Assembly (NCBI GenBank): GCA_965198065.1
Contig: CBDAON010000004.1
Location: 1,888,001-1,952,000, forward strand
Length of the DNA stretch: 64,000 bases
Direction of reading: 5' to 3'
From: Longimicrobiales bacterium
GTDB taxonomy: Bacteria > Gemmatimonadota > Gemmatimonadetes > Longimicrobiales > Gaopeijiaceae
The position numbers and the translations under genes are program-made. This document shows, piece by piece, positions 1 to 10,319 of the stretch. The notes under the pieces were generated by a model that had not been told where the DNA came from, ran no database searches, and saw only the letters and a program-made list of their open reading frames with translations. Position 1 is the stretch's first letter; each line of letters starts with the position of its first letter.

Positions 1-1
1 G

Positions 2-355
2 ATCCTGCTCTACACTGGGCGTTGGGCGAGGCGCGCCGCGCTGGGGCCGTGGCCGACATCGGAGGGCGTGGCGGGATACCATGCCGACGTCGCGTACTTC
101 TTAAAGGAGCGAGGCGTCTCCTTCATCGGACACGACATGTGGAACGACGTCTCCCCGCACGCCGACAAGGAGCGGCTCCCGCTCCACCGGCTCGCGCTCG
201 TGTCGCTCGGCGTGGGGATCTTCGACAACCTCGACTTCGAGCACGTAGCCCAGGTGGCCAGGGAGTTGGGTCGTTACGAGTTCCTCTTCACGGCCGCGCC
301 CCTCAGAATCGAGATGGGGATGGGGTCTCCGCTCAACCCGATCGCGACGTTCTGA
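2..355 (+). CDS. Cyclase / kynurenine formamidase-like protein, C-terminal part (5' truncated by window edge)
   Basis: Frame open from base 2: ILLYTGRW...LPLHRLALVSLGVGIFDNLDFE...YEFLFTAAPLRIEMGMGSPLNPIATF, the typical cyclase-family C-terminus. Confidence 0.8.
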   Translation: MLLYTGRWARRAALGPWPTSEGVAGYHADVAYFLKERGVSFIGHDMWNDVSPHADKERLPLHRLALVSLGVGIFDNLDFEHVAQVARELGRYEFLFTAAPLRIEMGMGSPLNPIATF

Positions 356-389
356 GGGGGGGGAGACAAGCCCCCTCCTCCCTTTCTCA

Positions 390-432
390 CGCGCCCGACA
401 GGATTCGAACCTGTGACCTTCGGCTCGGGAGG
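390..432 (-). repeat. Partial tRNA-Arg(CCG) 3' half, att-like copy 1
   Basis: Reverse complement CCTCCCGAGCCGAAGGTCACAGGTTCGAATCCTGTCGGGCGCG has T-arm and acceptor 3' strand but no D-arm or 5' half; 42/43 identical to 3878-3920. Confidence 0.85.
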
Positions 433-932
433 ACGCGAAGCCGTATCAAGCTGCGACAGGGGCCGCCTACCGCCTAGGTTTTGGCCCTAACCCGCCGGCT
501 GGCGCTTGCCGACGCTCGCCCACGCTGGCACAACTTCCGCACAATGCCCGCGCGCGCACGATGGTTCCCGTCGGTGCGTCTGCACCCTGATTCTCGTGGG
601 CGCGCGCTACGTTCTGGCTTGGTAGGTGGGGGGCGACGTGCGGGCCCCCACGTCAACACCCGAGAGTGGGGCAGGAAACGTGGAGCTCGTCTGAAAAGGG
701 TCAGCAAGCGAGTCGGGGGCCCCTCCTTCCGCGAGGCGAGGCATCCGGAGACGACAGTTGTCGTCGCGAGTGCCGGCGCGGAACAACCGGCTCGCACGAA
801 GAGTGGGCTGCGTGCTCGACTTCGTTCGTACGAGAAGCCCCGAGGGTCACCTCTTGTCCGGGACCCCCCCGCTGGAGACCTTTGTCCACTCGATACCGCA
901 CACACGCGCCGCTTCCGATCGAGCCCGCTTTC

Positions 933-3825
933 ATGACGTCACCGACCCTCCGCATGAGCCGGGACATACGGTTGTCGCTCGGTTTCCCCCTCGCCGTTTC
1001 CCTGGCTGCCGCCCTGGGAGTCTCGCTGGCCGTGCCCGCCGGCTTGGCGGCCCAGGATGTCCCGGGGACCGGGGCGGACCAGGACACAGTGAGTGACACC
1101 CAGGACGGCCAGGCGGGAGGCGGTGCCGGGGACGCGGTTGTCGCCGGCGTTTCCACCGAGGACTACAACCACGCCGAGGCGCCCCGGGCCATCGGAGTGC
1201 GGCTCGAGGGTGGGAGCATCTCCCTGGACGGGATCCTCGACGAGGCTGCGTGGACCAACGCACCGCCCATCACCGACTTCATCCAGATCGTGCCCTTCGA
1301 AGGCCGGCCCGGATCCGAGCGGACCGAGGTCCGGATCCTGTACGATGACGAGGCCATCTACGTGGGGGCGGACCTGGGCGATTCGCAGCCTGTCTCGACC
1401 CAGCTCGTGCGGCGGGACGGTGGGCTCTCTGCGTCGGACGCTTTCGAGATCCTCTTCGATAGCTATCACGAGCACGAGACGGCGTATCGCTTCGGCACCA
1501 ACCCGTCGGCGATCCGAAGCGATGCCGTCATCTCGAGCGGGGGCGGAGGCTTCGGCGGCAGGGGCGGGGGCGGGGGGGACTCGTCATGGGATCCGGTCTG
1601 GGACGTGGCCACCGAGATCACAGACCGGGGGTGGAGCCTGGAGATGCGGATCCCGTTCAGCCAGCTCCGCTTCCAGCCCACCGTGGAGCAGACGTGGGGG
1701 ATCCAGGTGGAGAGGACCATCCAGCGGAACCAGGAGAGGGTCCTCTACCCCTTCGTCCCGTCCCTGGAGCGGGGCGGCATCTCCCGGTACGGGCACCTGG
1801 ACGGGCTCGGCGACCTGGAGACGGGCAGGCGCCTGGAGCTCCTCCCCTACCTGACGGCCCGGGGCGAGTACCTCCAGCTCTCCGATCCAGACGGGGTCGG
1901 GTTCGACAACCCGTACCGGAGCGGCTCCGACCTCTTTGGCGATGTGGGGCTCGACTTCAAGTACCGGCTGGGCATGAATCTGACCCTGGACGCCACGGTG
2001 AACCCCGACTTCGGTCAGGTCGAGGTGGATCCGTCGGTCATCAACCTCACGGCCTTCGAGACCCGCTATCAGGAGCGGCGCCCCTTCTTCGTGGAGGGCG
2101 CGGACATCTTCCAGTTCGGGGAGGGCGGCCCCAGGGGAAGCGTCGGGAACCCGCCCGCCCTTCTCTACTCCCGGCGCATCGGGCGGCCCCCCCATGGATC
2201 GGCTCCCTCCCATGCCGTCTTCGAGGACGCTCCCGGGAGCACAACGATCTATCAGGCCGGAAAGATCTCGGGCCGGGTGGGAGAGGGCTGGTCCCTGGGT
2301 CTGCTGGAGGCCGTGACCGCCGAAGAGACGGCGGCCTATGTGGACGACGGACGGCAATCCGGGCGAGGTGGCCGGGAGCCCCTTTCCAGCTACGTGGCGG
2401 GGCGCCTCCGGAAGCTCGTCGGCGAGGGCGACACGCGCTTTGGCCTCATCGCCTCTGCCGTGAACCGGAGCCTCTCGGACACGCCGCTCGTCGATCGGCT
2501 GCACGAGTCGGCGTACACGGGCGGCATCGACTTCGCGCACGAGTGGGGCAACCGGGAGTGGCGGCTGAGCGGCGTCCTCGAGGGCAGCCGGGTGCAGGGC
2601 AGCGCCGAGGCCATCGCCCGGACCCAGCGCACCTCGTCCCGCTACTACCACCGGCCCGACGCGGACCATCTGGAGCTGGACCCCACGGCCACGACCCTGA
2701 CGGGCTATTATGCCTTCGTGGAATGGATGCGGCAGGCGGGCACGTTCTCGCCCCGGGTCGTGCTGGCGGCTGTCAGCCCGGGCCACGAGGTCAACGACCT
2801 TGGATTCCAATCCGAGGCCGACCGGATCATCTTCGACACCCACTTCCAGTACAACCAGCCCCTGCCGGGCGACTTTCTCCGGTCCTGGAGCATCGGCGGC
2901 GGACCCGATGCGAAGTGGAACTACGACGGCCGGCGCGTCTTCACCAACTTCAATGCCAGCTCGAACTTCCAGTACCTGAAAACTACTGGAGCACGTCGCT
3001 TCGTCTAGAGCACGAGCCACGCTATTACGACGACCGCCTGACCCGGGGCGGCCCCATGGCCGAAAGGCCTCCTAGCTACGTCGCCAACTTCAGCATCCGG
3101 TCCGACAGCCGTCTGAACACGAGGTACAGCGCGTCGGTGAACTGGAGCGGCGACGAGGCCGGATCGTGGGGCTTGAATTACGGGCTCAGCCTCGACACCC
3201 AGCCCCGGGAAAGCCTGAGCATCAGCGTCGGGCCCGGCCTCCGTACCTCGTACGAGGAGGCCCAGTATGTGACCAGTGTGGAGGACCCCACGGCCACCGC
3301 CCCTACGGTCGCCGCTACGTCTTCGCCGGGCTGAACCGGACCACGCTTTTCTTCGACACGCGGGTCAACGTCACCTTCACCCCGGACCTCTCGCTCCAGC
3401 TCTGTCTGGAGCAGCCGTTCATCTCCATCGGGGATTACGGCCAGCTACGGGAGTTTGCCGAGCCGGACAGCTACGACTTCTTCGACTACGGCGGCGAGGC
3501 CGGCACGCTGGAGCGGAACGACGACGGTTCCTACCAGGTGGACCCCGACGGCGCGGGGCCGGCCGCCGACTTCCGCTTCTCCAACCGGGACTTCAACTAC
3601 CGAAGCCTCATCGGCAACGCGGTGCTCCGCTGGGAGTGGCGCCCCGGTTCCACCCTCTACCTGGTGTGGCAGCAGCGGCGGATCGACTCGGTCACGGGCG
3701 CCGATGACACCGGGAATTACGGGTGGGTCGGCGACTTCGACCTGTCGCGAGACACCCAGGACATGTTCTCCACCAAGCCAGACAACGTCTTCGCCATCAA
3801 GGTGAACTACTGGCTGAATCCGTAG
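933..3825 (+). CDS. DUF5916 / CBM9-like secreted or outer-membrane protein, split by two frameshifts (near 2980 and 3300)
   Basis: Signal peptide; motifs LDGILDEAAW, WSLEMRIPFSQLRF, TVNPDFGQVEVD, ERRPFFVEG, LRWEWRPGSTLYLVW, KVNYWLNP; the reading passes through ORFs 666-3008, 1586-3334 and 3166-3825. Confidence 0.8.
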
Positions 3826-3877
3826 GCCTGCTCCCCCTTCGGCCTAAGCCGTTGGGGGCCTTGTTCTTACTTCGTAG

Positions 3878-3920
3878 CGCGCCCGACAGGATTCGAACCT
3901 GTGACCTTCGGCTCCGGAGG
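3878..3920 (-). repeat. Partial tRNA-Arg(CCG) 3' half, att-like copy 2
   Basis: Reverse complement CCTCCGGAGCCGAAGGTCACAGGTTCGAATCCTGTCGGGCGCG includes the CCG anticodon and T-arm; the 5' half is absent. Confidence 0.85.
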
Positions 3921-4117
3921 CCGCGGACGAGCGTCAGCCCGCGTCAGGCGATCGGAGAACGTCCAGCAACGGCGCCATTTCTCGTTTCGGACCTTTCGGG
4001 TTGCGTTCGCCAGCGTCAGGGGGGTTTGTCACCGCTATTGTCACCGCGGAGCTTCTGAGGAAGCGAGACATCAAAGGATCGGGATCCGGGTCTGGAGAAG
4101 CCGCGGGGGGGCCTGGG

Positions 4118-4592
4118 TCATGGCATCCACTTTTGGGGGAAGGGCCACGGCTTCACATCACCGGCCCCACCCCTCTTTAGGCGGCGCTTGTGCTCTGGGG
4201 CCATGCAGAGGCGGGCCATGAACGGAGCGGTGTGTCGCTTGGCGAACTGCTCCAGCTTGTGTCGTGACCGCACGACGTTCTCTGCGAGCGCCTTGTGGGA
4301 GTGTCTCCCAACGCAAAAGAACACCGCCGCTTCAGTATCAATGATAGCACGTACTTCGATCTCTTTCTTGCGAATTCCCGTTCTTCGTCAGACCAACCCA
4401 ACCGTTATCCGTGAGAGCAGAGAGCCACTCCTCATCCGGGGTACGGGCGCCAAAGCGTGGCTCGAACGGTACGACTTCCAGTCCGCCTCTACGAAGGATT
4501 CGGATGAACTCACAACTCTCCTTAGGCCCCAGGTCCCGATCGACAAGGTACGTGAGCGGCTCAGGCGGCTTCGAGGCGCCACGCTTCGTCAT
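4118..4592 (-). CDS. PIN-domain toxin (VapC45/PIN_10-like), frameshift near 4377
   Basis: YLVDRDLG...TPDEEWL...GWVGLTKN continues in another frame as IRKKEIEVRAIIDTEAAVFFC; overlaps the antitoxin stop. Confidence 0.75.
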
Positions 4593-5056
4593 ACTCGGGT
4601 GCCGTCAGGCCGTAATCCTCGATGACGTGCCCGCGGGTCTCTCCGGCATCTACCCGGGAGATGATGGCAGACGTCCGGATTCCCGTCCTCGCTATAACGG
4701 GTCGCCCAAACGAAATCGTGGGATTCACAAGGACGAGCTTCGGGCCCTTCGGGCGCTCGCCTATCACGGGGTAGAATGCCGCCGAAAGCTTGTCGGGGCC
4801 GTACTCGATGCGCTTTCAGGTACTGTGCGAGTATCTCTCTTATGTACAGCTGACGGCTCCTGGAAAGAGGCATCAGTTGTCCAAGCGTGTCCAGAAAGAA
4901 TCCGCGGCCGTCGTGCCGGAAGTCCTGATGCAAGAACGGGCGGGCGATGCCGTAATCGCTTTGGGCCACCTCCAGAATACGAGCGGCCTGGGCGTACGAG
5001 TACGCCCCAAGGTCTCGAATGTCCGTTGCCGATCGCGGTGCCGTCATCCGAGCCAC
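4561..5056 (-). CDS. DUF433-containing antitoxin (VapB45-like), frameshift near 4812 and probable internal deletion
   Basis: N-terminal YSYAQAARIL; C-terminal VLVNPTISFGRPVIARTGIRTSAIISRVDAGE...DYGL is a DUF433-type motif. Confidence 0.75.
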
Positions 5057-5296
5057 CTAACCTATGATGCGGAGATCCTTCTTCTGTGCTTCCTTGTAGG
5101 TCTTCCGGACAGATTCGTTGAACTGCATGTCTAGGTAATCCGCCACCGCATCCCGAATCAGCCCTACCAGGGGGGGGTTCCCCGGAAGGTGATCGTGCAA
5201 GAAGTCGAGTCTCCGCTTCTGATCTGGGTAAAGGAGGGCCGAAACCTTCACCGTGTCCTTCTGCTTCGGCCTACCTCGGCGCTTTGCTTTTGCCAT
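5057..5296 (-). CDS. Small ribbon-helix-helix/CopG-like DNA-binding protein
   Basis: 79 aa MAKAKRRGRPK...VKVSALLYPDQKRRLD...LIRDAVADYLD; abuts the antitoxin start; AT-rich upstream region at 5300-5335. Confidence 0.55.
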   Translation of the reverse strand: MAKAKRRGRPKQKDTVKVSALLYPDQKRRLDFLHDHLPGNPPLVGLIRDAVADYLDMQFNESVRKTYKEAQKKDLRIIG

Positions 5297-5387
5297 TCCA
5301 TTTCTTTGTATTTTATTGCGTAATAATATGTAATCGTCCGGAAGAAACCACAAGTTACTCGCTGAGCGAACGTCGGTCCTCCCCGAG

Positions 5388-6207
5388 TCACCAGCCGCCG
5401 TAGAGACACCCCCATCTGAGGGGCGTGACCGCCGTGCGCCCGGTTCGAGCACTGCGGACCATCCAGTCGTTCGTGTAGACCCTCACCACGCCGGCATAGA
5501 CCCCGCCGTAAACCTCGACGGACGCCACGGACTGGATCGGGAGCGAATCGAGCTCACCGTAAGCGAAGTAGGACTTTCGCTCATCCACGCAAACGAGGAT
5601 ACGGCCCTCAGAGGCCGTCCTGAAGGAACGGAAGCGCGCCGGTACACAGAGCTCGGACGGGTCCCCCCGACAGGGCCCGATCATGGGGCTCCTCGTGCGA
5701 ACGAAGTCCAGCACGCTCCCGACGGCGAATCTGTCCAGATCGATTCGGTCTGCGGAGATCACGGATTCCGGAAACGCGTTCCGCCTGGCCGCGATGCGTT
5801 GCTCGAGCACTTCCATCCGCTCGATGAGCGCCTCAGCGTCCGCCTCATTCACGACGAGAGCCTCGATTCCCTCGAGCGGGATCGGATTGGGATCCAGGAG
5901 CAGGACCGAGGTCCTGGAAGGCGCGGCATCGTCGAGATCGAAGCGTTCTGGCAGGTAGCCGAGGCGCCGGGCGTAAATCGTGAAGGGCGCTCCGGGCTCG
6001 AGCGGGAGAGCGAACGCACCGAGGGAATCCGTCACGACCACCCTGGAGGAGTCGGCGGTGAGGACCCTGGCTCCGACGATCGGGGTCCCCGAGACCGCGT
6101 CCTCGACGCGACCGCGAAGGACGACGGGCACCTGGGCGCTGGCGGCCGAGGCCAGCAGCAGGTACGCCGAGGCCCCCCAGGAGCGCCCATCCGGACCGCG
6201 CTCGCAT
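5388..6207 (-). CDS. Secreted carboxypeptidase-regulatory-like domain protein (frameshift in a G run near 6175 within the signal peptide)
   Basis: LRGRVEDAVSGTPIVGARV...VTDSLGAF...ARRLGY; corrected N-terminus reads MRARSGWALLGASAYLLLASAASAQ. Confidence 0.65.
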
Positions 6208-6283
6208 CACCGGCACAATGGGATGACGACGCTTCTCGAGGGAGTAAAGAAGGTCGGCACGCCAACTTCGCTAGATGGACACC

Positions 6284-8101
6284 TCACCACGTAATCCCCG
6301 CCTCTTCGAGTAACGCCTGGTATCGGGGGTCGTCGCGGAGGAGGTCCGAATGGTTCGACTGTGCGTCGTTAAGGGCCGTGATTCCGTGCAGTCCCTCTCG
6401 AACGATCTCTTCCAACAGCGCGAGGGCGCGCTCAGATTGCCCGGTCTCAGTGTACAGCCAACTCAGGCCCGGCCAATTCAATTCGACGTCGGAGAACCTT
6501 TGCAGCTGACCAGTTTGGTGGTAGCGTATCGCCGCTTCATACGCCCCTCTCCCAGCTTGAACGTCAACATTGGCGAGTTCCAGATACCTGCCAAATGCTG
6601 CCAGGCCCTCCTCGTATTCGCCGACCTCCAACAGCGCCCCCGATAGATCAAACCAGCCACCCTGCCATTCTGGGGCCAAGGCTATGGTTTCGCAGTGTTG
6701 TTCGATCGCCTCGTCAATACGCCCAGCTCCCCACAAGGCCCTACCCAGAACCAGCGAATTCACCCGGGCGACCGGATCGAGTTCAAAAGCCCGCTCTGCA
6801 TGAATTACTCCCTCGATCGCGCTTCCAGTACTGTAAAGAGAAATTCCCGTACCATGAGGTGCGCGGCCGCATATCCTGGGTTCAGATCGATCGCCGACTC
6901 GAACTCCTGTTCAGCTCCTTCCCATTCGCCACCGTACCACAACCCGAAGGCCAGAGAAGTGTGAGCCATGCCGAGGGAGGGGTCTAGTTGTACAGCTCTG
7001 CGGGCTGCGATGAGTCCCTGGTCAACATTCATCCGCCGATCCTGGGGGGTAGCGGTCACATCGTAATAGGCCACCAAAAAATAGGAGTCCGCGAGCCCGG
7101 AGTACGCTTCTGCGTACTCCGAGTCCAGCTCTATCGCAAGCTCGAACTCGGTGATCGCGTCGAGAAGTTGCTGCGCGGTGCGTTGGCTAACGAAAAAACG
7201 GCCTCGCTGATACGCTTGGAACGCCTCAGGAACGGTGGTCCCCTGTGCCACGAGCGGCGTCTCTGCCCCTCCGGCCAGCGCGACCTGAAGTTCGTCCGTA
7301 ACTGCTCGGGCTAATGCATCCTGAATCGCGAAGACGTTCGAAGCTGGGCCGTCGATTGCCTCCGACCACAGAACAGCCCCAGTTGCAGCCTCTACAAGCC
7401 GAGGCCGGACACGAACCGTCTCACCCACCTGCTGAAGGTCGCACTCCAGCACTGTTGCAACATCCAACGTCTCCGCGATTTCCTCGATGTCGGCGTTCAA
7501 CTCAAGCAGCGCGATGACTGAGGTTATGCCGATGACCTTGAGGCCGGGCAGCTGCGCCAGGCCACCAATGATCCCTTCGGCGAAACCTTGAGTGAGAGGG
7601 GTCTGATCTCCTGGCGCGCTCACATCGGTGCATGGCATCACCGCGACCGACGGGTCAATGGACATCGGAGCCTCAGCGATCGTGGATCCCGTCCCGATCG
7701 CGCCCCCGAGGATCACCCAACCCGTCCCCACGAATCCAAGCAGCGCGAAGGCCGCTACGCCTCCGAGGAAGGCATGCCGCCAAGTGAAGAGACGGGACTG
7801 TGGACTCCACTTGATCCCCCGTTTCCTGTGCACCGGCTGTGCTCTTCACGGGTTGGGCCTCGTGTCCCGGACCACCGTGCTGCACGAAGGCGGTGGCCAG
7901 CACGAGAGGGAGACCGACGATGAGGAGGCCCAGAGCAAACCGGGGGAACCAGTCCGGTAGGCCGAGCGCGTCGCCCAGGGTGCCCACGCCTCCCAAGACA
8001 GCCCAAGACGCGACCGCATAGATCCCAAGCACCTGCCACAGACTACGGCGGTGGATCTCAGCGATCAGACGCTTCAGAGGATTGTCGGAGGGGTCGCTCA
8101 T
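6284..8101 (-). pseudogene. Membrane-anchored TolB-like/TPR protein with several frameshifts (near 7820 and 6850)
   Basis: EIHRRSLWQVLGIY...LGLPDW N-terminus, SVAVMPC TolB-like domain, TPRs (AIELDSEYAEAYSGLA, AVQLDPSLGMAH), C-terminal DLLRDDPRYQALLEE; spread over three ORFs. Confidence 0.7.
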
Positions 8102-8328
8102 AGTCCCGCACATGAAGAGAAACGGGAACTGCGCCCATCTGTGAAGACGCGGGAAAGATGCCGGGCGTTCAGGGGGGCGGCAAGAAAGATGTAGCGCAAC
8201 TGGGGGAATCAGCCATCACCCCCAGCCGGCCACCGTGCTCCGGGTCGTGGAGTACGCAAGGTAGGGGGATCGCCGCGCTCCATTAGGGCTGGCCGGGATG
8301 CGTTCCGGATGCAGGCCCGGAAAACACC

Positions 8329-8363
8329 AAAGCGCCACAAGGCCAGGAAGCCTTGCGGCGCTT
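8329..8363 (-). terminator. Hairpin terminator downstream of tRNA-Val
   Basis: AAGCGCCACAAGGC-loop-GCCTTGCGGCGCTT, followed by a T-rich tract on the minus strand. Confidence 0.6.
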
Positions 8364-8375
8364 CGCCTCTCTCAA

Positions 8376-8448
8376 TGGTCGCTGCTGGACTCGAACCAGC
8401 GACCCCCACGATGTGAGCGTGGTGCTCTACCAGCTGAGCTAAGCGACC
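8376..8448 (-). tRNA. tRNA-Val(CAC)
   Basis: GGTCGCTTAGCTCAGCTGGTAGAGCACCACGCTCACATCGTGGGGGTCGCTGGTTCGAGTCCAGCAGCGACCA folds as a 73-nt cloverleaf; CCA not encoded. Confidence 0.95.
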
Positions 8449-8510
8449 GGGCCTCGAGACATGCCCCTCCGACCGACGTGGACGAAGGCGCACGCACCGC
8501 TATGGGAATA

Positions 8511-8583
8511 TACCCCCACGGGGAATCGAACCCCGGTTTCCTGGCTGAGAACCAGGTGTCCTAGGCCACTAGACGATGGGGGC
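8511..8583 (-). tRNA. tRNA-Glu(CTC)
   Basis: GCCCCCATCGTCTAGTGGCCTAGGACACCTGGTTCTCAGCCAGGAAACCGGGGTTCGATTCCCCGTGGGGGTA folds as a 73-nt cloverleaf. Confidence 0.95.
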
Positions 8584-8641
8584 CGAAGAGCGACCCTCAG
8601 TTTCAAAGAACCGGGATTATAGGGGCATCCCACCACCCGCG

Positions 8642-9436
8642 CTACGGGCTCAGTGCCGCTGGTTCGACATGGATCGTGGCGTCGGGAAGGGTCACGGCAT
8701 CTGGCCCGCCGACGAGGAAGCGCCGAAGCTCCTCGAAGACCTCGGCGTCGCCCACGAGTCCCAGGTGGGTCGGGCAGCAGACCTCGACATTGTACGCGCC
8801 CGGAAGCATGGCCGAAGATCCCGGGATCACGCGGGTGTCGATCGAGGTCCTCACTGACAGCATCTCGATCCCCACGACGGGCTCCGCGGCGTTCAGACGC
8901 CCGAGAAACTCGCTCCCGGGAAACATCTCGCGTCCCCCGTCGCCCCACGCGACCGCGGCCGTGACGGTGCCCCGATGGGGCGTGCCGAGGAACACCAGCC
9001 GACGGACCACGCGCGGGCGGGTCCCATCCGTGAGGAGCTGGCGAACCGCGAGCCCGCCCATGGAGTGCGCGACGACGTCCACGTGCTCCGATCCCGTCGA
9101 GCGGGCCAGCTCGTCCAGGGCGCGCCCGACCTGCCCGGCGTTCACCTCGTTGCTCCCCACGGGATCCATGAAGGTGAGCGCGGAAACCGCCTCCCACGGC
9201 CATCCCGCGTTCATGAAGCGATCGTGGAGCAGGGCGAGGTCCGCCGCGTCGTCCCCCCAACCCGGCACGAGGAGGATGGGGACGGGGCCGCTCGGCGTAG
9301 TCCGCACCGTCGGTGTCGCGTCCGGAACCGCGTCACCCGGCTGGGCCCCGGCGCCGCAGACGGGGAAGACCGCGGAGGTCGCGAGGGCCCCCAAGCCGGC
9401 GCGGAACGCCGCCCGGCCCGCTCGATTTCGTCTCAC
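8642..9436 (-). CDS. Secreted lipase/esterase (alpha/beta hydrolase)
   Basis: PILLVPGW, VDVVAHSMGG nucleophile motif, LVFLGTPHRGT; start uncertain. Confidence 0.85.
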   Translation of the reverse strand: MRRNRAGRAAFRAGLGALATSAVFPVCGAGAQPGDAVPDATPTVRTTPSGPVPILLVPGWGDDAADLALLHDRFMNAGWPWEAVSALTFMDPVGSNEVNAGQVGRALDELARSTGSEHVDVVAHSMGGLAVRQLLTDGTRPRVVRRLVFLGTPHRGTVTAAVAWGDGGREMFPGSEFLGRLNAAEPVVGIEMLSVRTSIDTRVIPGSSAMLPGAYNVEVCCPTHLGLVGDAEVFEELRRFLVGGPDAVTLPDATIHVEPAALSP

Positions 9437-9527
9437 GGTGTCCTCCCCTATCTTGCCCGCGGGTGCCGCGGGGGGGACGGTATCGACAGGCATAGATATA
9501 CTCGGGGGGATCGATGGAGTGTTCCAC

Positions 9528-10319
9528 ATGACCCCACTCACGGGGGAGGGTCGCTGGGCGCTCGTGCTCGGCGCGTCGAGCGGGTTCGGCGAGGCGTGCG
9601 CGAGGGCGCTTGCGAAGGCCGGATATCACGTCTTCGGCGTCCACCTCGATCGTCGCGCCGGGCTGAAGAAGGTGGAGGAGCTACAGGAGGAGCTCCGAGC
9701 GTCCGGCCGGAAGGCGCACTTCTTCAACATCAACGCGGCTGACCCTGAGCGGATGGAGGCCGCCCTGGACGAGATGGCCGCCCTCGTGGGAGAGGGGGAG
9801 GACATCGGGGTGCTCATGCACTCTCTCGCGTTCGGGACCCTTCGACCCTACGTGGGTGACGAGGCCGTCGCGCCGGCGCAGATGGACATGACGCTCCGGG
9901 TGATGGCGCATTCGCTCGTAGACTGGACGCGCGCGATCCTGGCGCGTGACCTCATGGGAGAGGACGGGCGGATCTTCGCCATGACTTCCTCGGGATCGAA
10001 CCGGGTGATCCCGACCTACGGCCCGGTGTCCGGAGCGAAGGCGGCGCTCGAGGCGCACTGCCGCCAGCTCGCGTACGAGCTCGCCCCGAGGGGGATCACC
10101 GTAAACGCGCTGAGAGGAGGGGTCACGGACACCCCCGCGTTACGCAAGATCCCGGGTCACGACGAGCTGCTCGCGGGAGCTCGGGCGAGGAATCCGTCGA
10201 AGCGGCTCACCACGCCGGAAGACGTAGCGTCCGCGACCGTGGCGCTCTGCTCTCCGCTCACGCACTGGATCACGGGGAACGTGATCAACGTGGACGGGGG
10301 GGAGGAGATCACGGCGTGA
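9528..10319 (+). CDS. SDR-family oxidoreductase, enoyl-ACP reductase (FabL/FabI-like)
   Basis: LVLGASSGFG, YGPVSGAKAALE, ITGNVINVDGG. Confidence 0.85.
   Translation: MTPLTGEGRWALVLGASSGFGEACARALAKAGYHVFGVHLDRRAGLKKVEELQEELRASGRKAHFFNINAADPERMEAALDEMAALVGEGEDIGVLMHSLAFGTLRPYVGDEAVAPAQMDMTLRVMAHSLVDWTRAILARDLMGEDGRIFAMTSSGSNRVIPTYGPVSGAKAALEAHCRQLAYELAPRGITVNALRGGVTDTPALRKIPGHDELLAGARARNPSKRLTTPEDVASATVALCSPLTHWITGNVINVDGGEEITA

Noticed and set aside
390..432. Intact tRNA-Arg genes at 390 and 3878
   Set aside because: Both lack the D-arm and 5' acceptor strand.
433..932. Possible ncRNA or riboswitch upstream of the DUF5916 gene
   Set aside because: Only scattered short palindromes; no recognisable family motif.
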